Positions 54,620 to 63,284 of a DNA stretch of 64,000 nt are shown here, piece by piece. Under the pieces are notes generated by a model. The model worked only from the letters and a program-made list of their open reading frames with translations. It was not told the DNA's origin and searched no databases. Origin of the DNA: a virus; IMG/VR virus record IMGVR_UViG_3300028027_000060, positions 6,062 through 70,061 of that record. One strand, 5' to 3'. Made by a program: the position numbers and the translations under genes. Each line of letters opens with the position of its first letter. Within the stretch, counting starts at the first letter, position 1.

Positions 54620-56540
54620 GGTATCAATCTACAAAGACTTCAACGACCTGCAAGGACACACAATTAGTGTACTGGGCGCACTTGAACGAATTAGGACTGG
54701 AAAATCAAAGACACTTGTTGAGCAGACGCGGGAAGCCAAAACCAAGAAGGAGGCGGACGAGTTAAAAAAGAAACTCCCTGCGGTTTGCTTTAGTGGTGTT
54801 TTTTCCAAGAGAAAGGACTCAGAGCTGCTTGAGCATTCGGGATACATCGTTTTGGACTTCGATAACGTGGCGGAAATGGCCCAAAAACGAAACGAATTGT
54901 GTTCTGTAAGGTATATTACCGCGGTGTGGGTTTCACCCTCAGGAAAGGGCTTAAAAGCGCTCGTTGAAATTGAGTGGAAAACCAAGCATAAGGAACACTT
55001 TGATTCCCTGATGGAAGAAATGCCCGACATCGACAAGACGGGGCGCAATGTTTCTCGCCTATGCTTTGAGTCATATGATCCTCAAATTTGGTATAACCCA
55101 AACGCTGAGGTGTACACCAAGCTACCCACAAAGAAAGAGGACAGGAGGTTGCCCCAACAGACAACTACCGAAACCGTCAACGACGACGATACAATATTCC
55201 AGAACCTGCTTGCGTGGATGACGTCAAAGGGTGACGCATTCCGTGAGGGGGAGAGGAACCACTTCGTGTTTAAGCTGGCCGCAAGCTGCTGTAGGTTTGG
55301 TATGATGGAGGAGACTTGTTACAGCCTGATGATGATGCACGTTGTTCCCGACGCTAGTTTTAGTCAGAGGGAGTGCAAACAGGCAGTCCGTAGCGCCTAT
55401 CGCGCCAACATGAACCAATGGAACACGGCTGAGTTTACCAAGGACCAACTGGTTACAAAGAGTAACCACAAGGAGATTGACATCGTAATCACAGCAGAAG
55501 ATGCGGAGAATATTGCGGCGAATGACGTGATTTATGCGGAGGAAGTAATTGAACAGGCGTCCGAGATTTATCTGAAGGGATACCAGGCCGCAATGCCCCT
55601 TGGCGTTCCTTTGCTCGACAAGCACTTCAAGAGGGTCAAGGGTGAATTAACAATTGTTTCGGGTATCGGTAACTACGGTAAGTCATCGTTTATGAAGTGG
55701 GAGATGGTATTTCGTATTGTGAAGTTTGGCGAGAAGGTGGCCATCTTTACCCCAGAGGAGTTGCCAGCGGAGCAGTTCTACCATGACCTGGTAGAGATCT
55801 ACTTTGGTAAGGACTGCACACCCAACAACCCCAACCGACCATCCTACGATATGTACATGAAGGTGTACAAGATGATTGGCGAACACATCTTTATGGTTTA
55901 CCCAAAGAATGTAAGCCCTACGCCAGACTATGTGAAGGAGGTGTTCCTTTCCGTGATAATTAAACACGGGGTTGACCGCGTGGTAATCGACCCATTCAAT
56001 CAGATGGCAAACGATTACACCAAGGGTGGGGGACGCAGCGACAAGTACCTTGAGACGTTCCTTTCAGACTGCACAAGGTTTGCACGGAAGAATAACGTGT
56101 ACTTCGACATCGTGGTACACCCACACAAGATGAGAAAGGCCGACGACGGCAACTATCCATGCCCAGAGGTGTTTGACCTGGCAGACGGAGCGATGTGGAA
56201 CAACAAGGCCGACAACATCATCATCTACCACCGTCCGCTTGCCCAGACGGCTCCCGAAAGCCCTGTGTGTGAGTTCCACTCCAAGAAGATCCGACGTCAG
56301 AAGATTGTGGGCATGAAGGGATTCTTTGACTTTGAACTTGTAAGGAGCACTCGCAGGTTCACGTTTAACGGTACAGATTACTTGCAACAGGCAATTGACG
56401 GAAAATACGTGCAGGCTGAGATAGAGCAACCAAAGCCATCAGCGATGAAGCCGAACAAGAGTTGGACGGACTCCAAGGAAGTAAAGGAATGGAACGAGGA
56501 GGTTGGACATCCGAACGGATACAAAGAAGATTGGGAATAA
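54588..56540 (+). CDS. primase-helicase (BT4734/VirE-N-like + PriCT + DnaB-like SF4 helicase)
   Basis: LP.VCFSG.F, LDFD, SPSG.GLK, EGERN, Walker A GIGNYGKS, VIDPFN, HP.K. Confidence 0.85.
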   Translation: MTKMTQGINGKVSIYKDFNDLQGHTISVLGALERIRTGKSKTLVEQTREAKTKKEADELKKKLPAVCFSGVFSKRKDSELLEHSGYIVLDFDNVAEMAQKRNELCSVRYITAVWVSPSGKGLKALVEIEWKTKHKEHFDSLMEEMPDIDKTGRNVSRLCFESYDPQIWYNPNAEVYTKLPTKKEDRRLPQQTTTETVNDDDTIFQNLLAWMTSKGDAFREGERNHFVFKLAASCCRFGMMEETCYSLMMMHVVPDASFSQRECKQAVRSAYRANMNQWNTAEFTKDQLVTKSNHKEIDIVITAEDAENIAANDVIYAEEVIEQASEIYLKGYQAAMPLGVPLLDKHFKRVKGELTIVSGIGNYGKSSFMKWEMVFRIVKFGEKVAIFTPEELPAEQFYHDLVEIYFGKDCTPNNPNRPSYDMYMKVYKMIGEHIFMVYPKNVSPTPDYVKEVFLSVIIKHGVDRVVIDPFNQMANDYTKGGGRSDKYLETFLSDCTRFARKNNVYFDIVVHPHKMRKADDGNYPCPEVFDLADGAMWNNKADNIIIYHRPLAQTAPESPVCEFHSKKIRRQKIVGMKGFFDFELVRSTRRFTFNGTDYLQQAIDGKYVQAEIEQPKPSAMKPNKSWTDSKEVKEWNEEVGHPNGYKEDWE

Positions 56541-56621
56541 AAATTAACAGTTTTTTTCTTGCACAAAAGCAACATATATGATACATTTGCGAATATAACC
56601 AATAAATTAATCATAAAAATT

Positions 56622-57245
56622 ATGGGATTAAATCAAGGTGGTTCCTCAAGCCGTACTTACCTCAGCATATCTGACGGTAAAATTGCAAAACGTGTAGAAG
56701 AAGGCTCAGCTGGAGCGATTAAGTGTACATCCAAGGATGGATCTCGCACCTGGTACGAACAGCGCTTCTCTAGCGTGTCTGGTAAAATTACAGACGTTTT
56801 TAAGCGTGACTCAGACAAGGGTTACGGGTCACAACTATGTATTGTCCTTGACGACAAAGGCGAAGAGTTTCAGGTACAGATGCCATGGAGTTCACGCTAC
56901 TCATCGGGATTCTTTGTTTGCATGCCGAACATTGATCCATCTAAGGTCATCACGCTTTCTCCTTGGATGAAAGAGATTGATGGCACAAAAAAGACCATGC
57001 TGTACCTAAAGCAGGATGGTCAGGATAACGTGGATTGGGCGTGGACAAGGGACAACCCAGGCAACATGCCAGACATGAAGCAGATCAAGGTAAAGGGCCA
57101 GACCGTGTGGGACGACACCGAACGCCAGGAGTTCTTTGAGAGTTATCTTAACGACATGTTCCTTCCCAAAATAAAGGGCGCGAGCGCTATTGAAAAACTA
57201 GACTCGCTTGCCGACGACCAGGAAGATACTGGATTGCCATTTTAA
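56622..57245 (+). CDS. single-stranded DNA-binding-like protein
   Basis: Acidic C-terminus ending DTGLPF; promoter TACATTTG 56582-56589; start reassigned to ATG 56622. Confidence 0.6.
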   Translation: MGLNQGGSSSRTYLSISDGKIAKRVEEGSAGAIKCTSKDGSRTWYEQRFSSVSGKITDVFKRDSDKGYGSQLCIVLDDKGEEFQVQMPWSSRYSSGFFVCMPNIDPSKVITLSPWMKEIDGTKKTMLYLKQDGQDNVDWAWTRDNPGNMPDMKQIKVKGQTVWDDTERQEFFESYLNDMFLPKIKGASAIEKLDSLADDQEDTGLPF

Positions 57246-57252
57246 CCTTAAC

Positions 57253-57297
57253 AAAGTCGTGGCGGGGGATGAATGCAAGCTAACTCGCCACGGCTTT
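57253..57297 (+). terminator. hairpin/terminator
   Basis: AAAGTCGTGGCG/CGCCACGGCTTT inverted repeat. Confidence 0.55.
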
Positions 57298-57310
57298 AAC
57301 CTAAACAAAC

Positions 57311-57805
57311 ATGAGATATACATTCAAGGATTTAGTAGACATGGTCGCCTCGCATAGACGGGCGGAGTTTACAAAGGTATACGACTACCTGCACAAGGTG
57401 GAAAAGCCAGAGTATAACGACATAATTCAAATTGTAAGCAAGCACTTTAACATTCCTGTAATTGACATCAAGAGCGATAAGAAGTATGCTGAGATTGCAT
57501 TTGCAAGGCAGCTTTACATGACTGCGATAAAGGTTTGCTCTACAAAAACATTAGCTGAGGTTTCTCGCACCGTGAACAAGCACCACTCTACCGTATGCCA
57601 CGCCATACACACGATTAGAAAGGATTACGAGTTTTGCGCAATTAGACGTCACAAGATTCGTGGATTCATATCTAACTTAAATCAAACACAACAAGAACTT
57701 TTATTAGACTTTTTAAATGAACGGGACCCAAATATCATTGCCTCCTACGCCGTGGATGCAAACAGAGTTGCAACACCTGCGGACACTCAGACACACTATG
57801 CTTGA
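57311..57805 (+). CDS. DnaA C-terminal-like HTH protein
   Basis: I..V..HF.I...DI.S......ARQ..M......TL.E......HSTV.HA motif. Confidence 0.75.
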   Translation: MRYTFKDLVDMVASHRRAEFTKVYDYLHKVEKPEYNDIIQIVSKHFNIPVIDIKSDKKYAEIAFARQLYMTAIKVCSTKTLAEVSRTVNKHHSTVCHAIHTIRKDYEFCAIRRHKIRGFISNLNQTQQELLLDFLNERDPNIIASYAVDANRVATPADTQTHYA

Positions 57806-57983
57806 GAAGGACGTGCTTTACTCAAAGATAGGTAAACACAAGCCGCAGAACGATTACAAAAAAGACATCCGCATGATGCGTAAAATAAACGTAAGACTTT
57901 ATGAACTAACGGGTAATGATATGTACCTTTGGCTTGGCGGACACTTTAACGAACTTAAAAAAATAGAAGATGGGCAGAATTGA
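57717..57983 (+). CDS. hypothetical protein
   Basis: Overlaps both neighbours; RLYELTG..MY motif; start uncertain (57717 or 57798). Confidence 0.6.
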   Translation: MNGTQISLPPTPWMQTELQHLRTLRHTMLEKDVLYSKIGKHKPQNDYKKDIRMMRKINVRLYELTGNDMYLWLGGHFNELKKIEDGQN

Positions 57984-58260
57984 AATAAAAGACGCAAAGC
58001 GCACAATTGACGGGAAGAAGGTGTTTGCCTTCCGAGTCAAGACCATTGGCGAGAACAACGAGGTGCTCCAGACATCCGAGGTGTTGAACACAATAGACTC
58101 CGTCAAGACACATCTCAAGGCAATGGCTTTGGCGTGGAACAGTCAGGGAGACATTGAGGTGTTAGACTGCACGTACCGCGGCAAGTTTGATGGTAAGGTG
58201 ATCAGCCTTGACGAGTTTGACAAGCTCAAGATCCAAGAGGATGAAGTTGATAGAGGGTGA
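57970..58260 (+). CDS. YegP/DUF1508-like small protein
   Basis: FRV...ENNEVLQTSE motif. Confidence 0.55.
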   Translation: MGRIEIKDAKRTIDGKKVFAFRVKTIGENNEVLQTSEVLNTIDSVKTHLKAMALAWNSQGDIEVLDCTYRGKFDGKVISLDEFDKLKIQEDEVDRG

Positions 58261-58407
58261 GGCGTTTGCCAAGTATGCCTTTTGCAGGGGCGGAAATAGT
58301 AAATATTTTTACATTTGTACGCCCGTTACTATAGTCACAATAGATTCAGAAAAGATAACCCAATCAAACTTTATATTTTGGAACTAATCAAATCGTTTAT
58401 TAAGCAC

Positions 58408-58623
58408 ATGTTGGAGCTTCCAAACATCACGCTTACCGCCTTCATTATCGCGTTTACTATAGCAGTTGGGGTGTCTGTATGGATACTGGACTGGACCAGC
58501 GCGTTTGCGTGCCTCTTGACCGTATCTAGCCTGCTAGGTGTCAAGTTTTACGCCTGGAAAAAACAACTTGGCGTGACTAAGCCCGAAAAGGGGCAGAAAG
58601 TCATCGTAATTAAAAGAAAATGA
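58408..58623 (+). CDS. small 2-TM membrane protein
   Basis: Hydrophobic segments; promoter TACATTTG 58310-58317. Confidence 0.55.
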   Translation: MLELPNITLTAFIIAFTIAVGVSVWILDWTSAFACLLTVSSLLGVKFYAWKKQLGVTKPEKGQKVIVIKRK

Positions 58624-58657
58624 ACAAACTAAAAAAGTTTGTGGATACATTTGCTGA

Positions 58658-58734
58658 GGTGCGTGTTTTCACGCAATTTCAGTTTGTTTTATTCATTTCG
58701 TTCGTAAAACCGCTCCTTTTTAGGGGCGGTTTTC
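58658..58734 (+). ncRNA. candidate small RNA
   Basis: Promoter TACATTTG 58646-58653, hairpin TGCGTG/CACGCA, U-rich body, terminator AAAACCGCTCCT/AGGGGCGGTTTT. Confidence 0.5.
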
Positions 58735-58770
58735 GCTGATACTTATTACATTTGCAAATAACTGATTGAG

Positions 58771-59793
58771 ATGAAGAATAAGGTAACGAACTATCGCAAC
58801 ATCCTCAACGATACGAGGGGTGTTAGTCTAAACGAGAAGATCAAGGAAGAGTGGGGGAAGATGGACTCGTCCATTAGTCTAGCATCCTTCCAAAGAATGT
58901 TCTACGGGTGGAAGAAGAACAACAAGCCCAAGGCGAGTCCTAAGGCCGTAAAAGAAATAGCGGTCAAGGTCAAGAGTGCCTTCTCAGAGCTTGTGCAGGA
59001 GCTTATACCAGACTCAAACCCCCTTGAACTTCCAGAGTCCAAGGAGAAGGAATACAAGCCGTACAAACTACCAACCAACCACAATGATATCCTTTTTCTT
59101 ACCGACATTCACGTACCATACCACAACATTCCTGCGCTCACGGCGGCCCTCAAGTACGGCCTCGAAAACGAAGTCAACACCATCTACATCAACGGGGACC
59201 TCGTTGATTTTTATGCCATCAGCCGCTTTCAAAAGGATCCTCGCAAAAGGGACCTGGCGTCGGAGGTTTACATGGCACGGGAGTTCCTCTACACACTACG
59301 TAAGCTCTTTCCCACACAGGCCATCTACTTCAAGGCAGGAAACCACGACATCCGCTGGGACCACTACCTCATCAACAACGCCTCGGACCTAATCGGGCTT
59401 GAGGAGTTCTCATTGGAATCTATCCTGCACCTGGACAAGCTCAACATCACGTTTATACCAGACAAGCAGTTGGTTAGCATGGGCAAACTGACGGCCCTGC
59501 ACGGACACGAGTTTGGATCGAGTATGTTCAGTCCCGTGAACATTGCGCGTGGTCTTTACCTCAGAGCAAAGGATAACGCAATCTGCGGACACCACCACCA
59601 GACCTCGGAGCATACCGAGCCAAACATAAACGGTCGAGTTACAACCTGCTGGTCAGTAGCCTGCCTATGTGAATTGCATCCAGACTATATGCCAATTAAC
59701 AAGTTTACACACGGCTTTGCTCACGTAAAAGTGTTTGATAACCAAGAATTTGAGGTTTCAAACTACCGAATCGTGGACGGTAAGATTAAATAA
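58771..59793 (+). CDS. calcineurin-like metallophosphoesterase
   Basis: DIH, GDLVD, GNHD, HGH and GHHH motifs; promoter TACATTTG 58747-58754. Confidence 0.85.
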   Translation: MKNKVTNYRNILNDTRGVSLNEKIKEEWGKMDSSISLASFQRMFYGWKKNNKPKASPKAVKEIAVKVKSAFSELVQELIPDSNPLELPESKEKEYKPYKLPTNHNDILFLTDIHVPYHNIPALTAALKYGLENEVNTIYINGDLVDFYAISRFQKDPRKRDLASEVYMAREFLYTLRKLFPTQAIYFKAGNHDIRWDHYLINNASDLIGLEEFSLESILHLDKLNITFIPDKQLVSMGKLTALHGHEFGSSMFSPVNIARGLYLRAKDNAICGHHHQTSEHTEPNINGRVTTCWSVACLCELHPDYMPINKFTHGFAHVKVFDNQEFEVSNYRIVDGKIK

Positions 59794-59859
59794 CGGCCGT
59801 AACATTTTTATGCCCGTTTTTGTTACGAGGTTCTAAGAAATTTTTCCTTATTTTGCTAT

Positions 59860-60102
59860 ATGGAAAACCTGGTCGTAAAGGAGAGGAAGTTAGGGAAGGA
59901 AAAGGCTCGCGGCCTTTACCACGACCACGGCCTCATCGAGATCGACCCAAGGCTTCCAGCCAAGGAGTACTTAGAGGTGCTAGTCCACGAGTTTCTGCAC
60001 CACGAGTTCAAGCACTGGGAGGAGGAGTATGTTAGAGACTACGGGATAAAAATATCCGACTTTCTGTGGGACATGGGGTATAGGAAAGTAAATTTGGAGT
60101 AA
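59860..60102 (+). CDS. minimal zincin-like protein
   Basis: IEID...LVHEFLH...EE. Confidence 0.7.
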   Translation: MENLVVKERKLGKEKARGLYHDHGLIEIDPRLPAKEYLEVLVHEFLHHEFKHWEEEYVRDYGIKISDFLWDMGYRKVNLE

Positions 60103-60103
60103 C

Positions 60104-60358
60104 ATGATTAGGGTAATACTTCCAATAGTCATAGAGAACGAGGAGAAGAAGATCGCCGAGTTGACTGGATCTACTCCCGACAGGTTCCAGTGCGAGCCTG
60201 CCATATTCTATTCAATCGACAACGTCAGGCCATACCACGACTACACAAACCTCTGCGTGATAGACTCTGGGGGCTGCGAATACATTGTAGGACTTTCTAT
60301 GGAGGAGGTGGACCAGATGATCATGGGCGACGTAACCTTTGCATTTAGCGCCAACTGA
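60104..60358 (+). CDS. hypothetical protein
   Basis: Operon context. Confidence 0.65.
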   Translation: MIRVILPIVIENEEKKIAELTGSTPDRFQCEPAIFYSIDNVRPYHDYTNLCVIDSGGCEYIVGLSMEEVDQMIMGDVTFAFSAN

Positions 60359-60522
60359 TGGGACTCTGTGGACAACATCTGCCAGACATACCAAGAGAGT
60401 CGGGGCCGCCTAAGTTCCACAAGTACGCAGAGTGCGGCGTGTGCAAGAAGGTTACACTGTTTGCTCCTCGCCCAGACTGGTGGCTGTGCGTTAAGTGCGG
60501 CAGTATGGCCAACAAAAGTTAA
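60358..60522 (+). CDS. 54-aa zinc-ribbon protein (not in ORF track)
   Basis: TGATG coupling; CGVC...CVKCG. Confidence 0.65.
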   Translation: MGLCGQHLPDIPRESGPPKFHKYAECGVCKKVTLFAPRPDWWLCVKCGSMANKS

Positions 60523-60574
60523 AAATTTTTGTATTTGACACACGTGTTGTATATTCGCCACATAAATAAACGAA

Positions 60575-61054
60575 ATGGACGAATTAGAAAGAAAAAAACG
60601 ATTGATTGTGACCGCTTTGGCCGCCCAACAGATCTACGCGCAGTGCCACGACGAGTGCATTGACCTAAACTTCTTTAGGAACGACCTCAAGATGTTCTCA
60701 AAGAACCTTGTAACCAAGCTGGAACGTGAACTGATGCCCATATTTGGGGTGCTAGGCAACGTAGAGGGCGGAGAGGCTTATGTGAACGCTATTAGGGTGA
60801 TGGAGATCACCTTGCAGAACCTTGCAACACTGCCCGTTGAGTACTGGGCGCTAATAAACATGGGAGTAAACGACATAAAACGACAAATTGATGAAAAGGA
60901 CCAAGCAGGGGCTGACGGAGTACCTAGCGGAACAGCTGAAAATAGCTCATCCGAGCAAGAAGATGGAGGTGATGCAGATAATAATGAAGAACCTTCCGAC
61001 GCTGCGAAGCATGAGGCAGGAGGAGATACAGCAGTTACTGAACAATTGCAATGA
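60575..61054 (+). CDS. hypothetical protein
   Basis: Promoter variant TATATTCG 60550-60557; ATGA-coupled to the next gene. Confidence 0.7.
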   Translation: MDELERKKRLIVTALAAQQIYAQCHDECIDLNFFRNDLKMFSKNLVTKLERELMPIFGVLGNVEGGEAYVNAIRVMEITLQNLATLPVEYWALINMGVNDIKRQIDEKDQAGADGVPSGTAENSSSEQEDGGDADNNEEPSDAAKHEAGGDTAVTEQLQ

Positions 61055-61100
61055 TGACCTTCGCTCCACACCCGATACCAGTAAAGACACCCCTGGGTGA
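60891..61100 (+). CDS. overlapping (+1 frame) helical protein MKRTKQGLTEYL...
   Basis: Amphipathic; the host frame becomes low-complexity acidic over the overlap. Confidence 0.5.
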   Translation: MKRTKQGLTEYLAEQLKIAHPSKKMEVMQIIMKNLPTLRSMRQEEIQQLLNNCNDDLRSTPDTSKDTPG

Positions 61101-61245
61101 CGGGTACATACTCTACATCACCCCTGGGGGCATGTTTGAGAACGACGAGATAACCGTCGTGCTGCTAAACGGCGGCGAAATCAAGCACTTTAACAGCGAC
61201 CAGGTGCGTGTATGGAAAAATTCAACCTACGAGATACATGAATAA
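61051..61245 (+). CDS. hypothetical protein (PIPV.TPLG.G family)
   Basis: Operon context. Confidence 0.7.
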   Translation: MMTFAPHPIPVKTPLGDGYILYITPGGMFENDEITVVLLNGGEIKHFNSDQVRVWKNSTYEIHE

Positions 61246-61426
61246 CTACGTAATCACGATTTGGGACGGCGACACGCTAGTCCATAACGCCAAGGCACGG
61301 GCTAAGAGTCCTGAGATGGCTAAGACCAAGGCCCTGGCAGACTGCTGGAAGCTCGACAAGTTAATGGGAACGGAACGAAACTGGCAAAGTTACAGATGGG
61401 ACATACAAGCGACAATAAGCCGATAA
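61238..61426 (+). CDS. hypothetical protein
   Basis: ATG at 61238 within the track ORF. Confidence 0.55.
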   Translation: MNNYVITIWDGDTLVHNAKARAKSPEMAKTKALADCWKLDKLMGTERNWQSYRWDIQATISR

Positions 61427-61698
61427 AACACGCATCAGACCTACTGAACGAGGTGGTCACGGACATGGTAATGCGTGAGAAGAAGGGTTTTTCTGAGTAC
61501 AGGCAGACTATGGACCGCACGGACCTGACCAAGGACGAGTGGATTCAACACGCATATGAGGAGGCGCTTGACCTTGCGCTGTATCTAAAGAAGATCATGA
61601 AGGTTCAAGATGTGCCTTCAATCGGTGTGACGAGTGGTACACCAATTTCTACAGTCCTGACGGGTGGGACCCCAATTTCTACAGTTACAAACAAGTAA
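61396..61698 (+). CDS. small all-alpha NTP-pyrophosphatase-like protein
   Basis: R...G..EY..TMDR.DL...EW..HA.EE..D..LY. Confidence 0.6.
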   Translation: MGHTSDNKPIKHASDLLNEVVTDMVMREKKGFSEYRQTMDRTDLTKDEWIQHAYEEALDLALYLKKIMKVQDVPSIGVTSGTPISTVLTGGTPISTVTNK

Positions 61699-61712
61699 AA
61701 ATCAAAACAAGT

Positions 61713-61931
61713 ATGGAAAATTCATTTTACGAAAGACTTCTGATTGAAGCACAAGAATTGGCAACAAAAACAAACGCATTAAATGATTTTATGCATACAC
61801 AGGCCTTCATTGATTTAGACCGCCAAAACAAAGATTTGCTTTACAAGCAATCAAGATTGATGAACGAGTACCTACAGGTATTAGGTCAGAGATTAGAAGT
61901 TTTAGGTGAAAAGTTTTCATTTAAAGGCTAA
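61713..61931 (+). CDS. crAss001_48-like small helical protein
   Basis: RL..E..EL......L..F....F..L......LL..Q...M..Y...L..R. Confidence 0.65.
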   Translation: MENSFYERLLIEAQELATKTNALNDFMHTQAFIDLDRQNKDLLYKQSRLMNEYLQVLGQRLEVLGEKFSFKG

Positions 61932-61938
61932 AAAAGGA

Positions 61939-62047
61939 AGTCAGGTGGCGGAATGGTAGACGCAACCACAGAGCGTGATGGGAGTTAAGCTGAATGTAAG
62001 ACCCATCGTTGGTTCAGCAATTACAGGTTCGAGTCCTGTTCTGACTA
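61939..62047 (+). ncRNA. tRNA-like RNA (Leu-type D arm, non-canonical centre)
   Basis: Acceptor AGTCAGG/TCTGACT, D arm GCGGAATGGTAGACGC, T arm ACAGG-TTCGAGT-CCTGT; about 58 nt central region without a 5-bp/7-nt anticodon arm; no encoded CCA. Confidence 0.7.
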
Positions 62048-62055
62048 CAAAACAA

Positions 62056-62352
62056 ATGAATATGAAAAAGAAGACAACCTACACAATCTTTGCCTACGAG
62101 CCAGGCACGGAAGTCTACGCCATCTCGCTGTGGCATGACAAAAATCAGCCAACAGATCACCTTGCAATCTACAAGGCTAAGGTGTCCTCATGGAGCTTTG
62201 ACGCCGAGGAGAAGGACGTGATGTACTACCTCGAGAGCCCCAAGGAAGGAAAGTGGTGGGGACAGTCCATCAAGGGCGAGTACGTGTCAGAATCGTTTGA
62301 CGAGTTGTTACAACAGGCAAAAGAAATCTGGAGAAATGAAGAAAAGATATAA
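62056..62352 (+). CDS. hypothetical protein
   Basis: A-rich leader after the tRNA-like element; start reassigned. Confidence 0.65.
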   Translation: MNMKKKTTYTIFAYEPGTEVYAISLWHDKNQPTDHLAIYKAKVSSWSFDAEEKDVMYYLESPKEGKWWGQSIKGEYVSESFDELLQQAKEIWRNEEKI

Positions 62353-62446
62353 CCCCTTTAACAGCCAGGAGTTTGAAAACCTCATCCCATACCTGGTGTG
62401 GCTGGCAATCTACGCAATAATCATCCTAATACTTTTTTCACTATGA
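62336..62446 (+). CDS. 36-aa single-TM microprotein (not in ORF track)
   Basis: MKKRYNPF...YLVWLAIYAIIILILFSL; ATGA overlap with the next gene. Confidence 0.55.
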   Translation: MKKRYNPFNSQEFENLIPYLVWLAIYAIIILILFSL

Positions 62447-62721
62447 ACGAGCCAAAAGAATACAAGAACTACCTAGAGTTACTGCTTGACCTTTACCCAG
62501 ACGACGAGTTCCTAATCGCGGACGGTTTTGACGACGCCGTGATAGGTGTGGACTACGCGTCATCACGCCTGATTTACTCGTGCGACAAGTGCCTACAGAT
62601 CCTCATCGAGGTGGAGGGCATGGACCCACAGGACGCTATCGAACACTTTGAGTACAACGTCGCTGGAGGTTACGTGGGTGAGAAGACGCCCATATGGTGC
62701 CAGGACAGCTACGAGCTATAA
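62443..62721 (+). CDS. conserved phage protein (ADGFDDA.IG...FEYN..G.YVGE.TP family)
   Basis: Motif recognition. Confidence 0.75.
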   Translation: MNEPKEYKNYLELLLDLYPDDEFLIADGFDDAVIGVDYASSRLIYSCDKCLQILIEVEGMDPQDAIEHFEYNVAGGYVGEKTPIWCQDSYEL

Positions 62722-62789
62722 AAAAACCGACCATTTCTGATCGGCTTTAATCGTAAATATAACGGGTGCCACTACACAACCCGTGCATC

Positions 62790-62909
62790 TTAACCCTGCC
62801 CCTTGTTGGGCTTGGTGTTCTTATCCTTGGGGGACTTGCGCTTAACGTGCAGTCCCTCTTTTCTTTTGCCAAACGTCTGCTTGACGCCGTTGCCCATTGC
62901 CTTTGCCAT
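62790..62909 (-). CDS. 39-aa basic peptide ending NKGQG (not in ORF track)
   Basis: MAKAMGNGVKQTFGKRKEGLHVKRKSPKDKNTKPNKGQG; hairpin downstream at 62762-62784. Confidence 0.65.
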   Translation of the reverse strand: MAKAMGNGVKQTFGKRKEGLHVKRKSPKDKNTKPNKGQG

Positions 62910-62912
62910 GGC

Positions 62913-63284
62913 TTATTTTTTAGGCGCTGGTGGACCCATTGCCGATTGTGCCTTCATCTGATTCTTTGTCAGCTTGTTCATCGGTGCTGCGTTTTTCTTT
63001 ACCTCGCCAATCTTTTTACCCCATTTTTCAGCCTCTTTCGGACTCAAAACCTCATTAGGCTTGCCGCCACCAACGCCTCCGCCAGCAACAGCACCCTTGC
63101 CCTCGTCTATAGAGCCGCCACGTCTTGTCTCGTTACGGTCGTCAGAACAGGTGTGGCCACTATCCTCGCGGGAACACGTTACAGTCTCCTTGGCCTCCTC
63201 CTCCTTCTTCTTCTTCTTCAAGAACTGTTTTACACTGCTCATGCCGTATGCGTTGTCTCTATAGTCCTGTGATGCGTATTTCAT
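62913..63284 (-). CDS. basic low-complexity protein
   Basis: Promoter TATATTTG 63298-63305; start reassigned to ATG 63284. Confidence 0.6.
   Translation of the reverse strand: MKYASQDYRDNAYGMSSVKQFLKKKKKEEEAKETVTCSREDSGHTCSDDRNETRRGGSIDEGKGAVAGGGVGGGKPNEVLSPKEAEKWGKKIGEVKKNAAPMNKLTKNQMKAQSAMGPPAPKK

Noticed and set aside
61630-61690. Short duplication encoding GTPISTV twice
   Set aside because: Only two copies at a C-terminus; likely a local duplication
61964-61971. AACCACAG shared with the leader loop at 53812-53819 (possible trans trigger)
   Set aside because: An 8-nt match is expected by chance in 64 kb and is partly paired in the predicted fold
61939-62047. Calling the element an ordinary tRNA-Leu
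   Set aside because: No properly placed anticodon arm; the centre is too long
61975-62055. ORF-track N-terminal extensions (also 1865, 4355, 56559, 58315, 63338)
   Set aside because: They run through promoters, RNA elements or upstream genes; downstream ATGs have better context
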